Assembly (NCBI GenBank): GCA_049999805.1
Contig: JBNGIO010005465.1
Span: forward strand, 1-59,378
Direction of reading: 5' to 3'
Origin: Folioceros fuciformis
Taxonomy: Eukaryota
Length of the DNA: 59,378 nt
Shown here piece after piece: positions 58,534-59,378 of the stretch; within the stretch, counting starts at the first letter, position 1, and each line of letters opens with the position of its first letter. The position numbers and the translations under genes were made by a program. Below the pieces are notes generated by a model that worked only from the letters and a program-made list of their open reading frames with translations, was not told where the DNA came from and did not search any database.

Positions 58534-59378
58534 TGATTAGAGAGGCACCAAAAGCCTCTTTATACAAAGTTTGCAGAGCGGGTGTTACAGCCCGCCATAA
58601 AGTCCGGATCTATAAACAGCCGACTTGAAAGGTGCCCTAAATTACGAGCGGCATCAGGTCCAAGATAGCATCTTGCCAAATCTTATCTAAATTCTATTTT
58701 TAAGATGCAATAACTCTTGGCCTACATTAGCGCCGCGCCCTCCTCCTATTCATTCATTCGGCCCTTTTTACTCTGCTACCAAATCCCTGGGCTCTCCTTC
58801 CACTCTACTAATCAGGCAAATCCTCCCGTAAAAGTTCCACCTCACTGTCGTTGTTGGCTAACTTATCCTAGCTGGGCAAGGGTGGGGCCCACCTTGGAGT
58901 CCTCTCCTCCTCTACTGGCCGCCTGTTGCTAAGAACCTACACTGGTTCTTCCTCCACCCAATTCTGTGCCTCCTCTTCTATGAGCTCCTTCCAGACTGTC
59001 TCCGCGTAACAGGGGGTTAATCCCCATACCCGGACACAATGGAAGAAGCATCCATTCCAGGTCCTCACTTGCAGACGGTAGGCCCTGGTCCCTCCCCTGA
59101 CTGTCTGCTCTCTGCCCACCAAGGATGTTGGAGTGCCTCCTATCGCTCTGCCTACGGCTGCCTTCATTCCAGTCCTCCTGGTGCGAGTAGGGGTTTCAGC
59201 AACCCTGGTTGCTGGTTCCACAACTATCGCTGCTTCCCCGACTGCGGTAGGACTTCTCACTACCGGAGTTGTCTCGCCTCTATCGGTAGCGGCTTCCACT
59301 ATCAGTTGCTCCTTCTGCGACCACTTTCTCCATTATGCGGTTGTCGTTGGGTTCCCACTACCTCCTTCTAAGACTAAG

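Noticed and set aside
58937-59378. Low-complexity ORFs at the window end
   Set aside because: Truncated by the window edge; probably TE-derived, no diagnostic domain

Overview
Eukaryotic nuclear DNA from a compact land-plant genome. Short (~80-200 bp) introns, tight gene spacing and gene content suggest a non-seed plant (bryophyte/hornwort or lycophyte); this is an inference. Gene islands alternate with decayed transposon blocks. Recognisable genes: COG2 (+, intronless), a CBS-domain SnRK1-gamma/PV42-like gene (-), plastid HDR/IspH (-, ~10 exons), beta-COP (-), an EF-hand-like membrane protein (+), a germin-like protein (-), a multi-exon RNase II/RNB exonuclease (-), organellar peptidyl-tRNA hydrolase/CRS2-like (+), a LISCL-type GRAS factor (+) and a divergent intronless TPST (-, runs into an N gap). 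Mobile DNA: two degenerate Ty1/copia elements, an L1 LINE relic, a gypsy-like gag relic, a Sola-like DDD transposase relic, a Myb/SANT (Harbinger-type) relic and many tandem repeats. The most notable signal is the exonuclease: it carries signatures of animal DIS3L (DIS3L1), with a degenerate PIN domain and an intact RNB site, rather than plant RRP44A/DIS3 or SOV/DIS3L2. Other leads are an extra coiled-coil ORF between PBS and gag in both copia elements, an AT-rich orphan ORF island, and several intronless copies of genes that are normally multi-exon. Homolog comparisons are from memory, not database searches.
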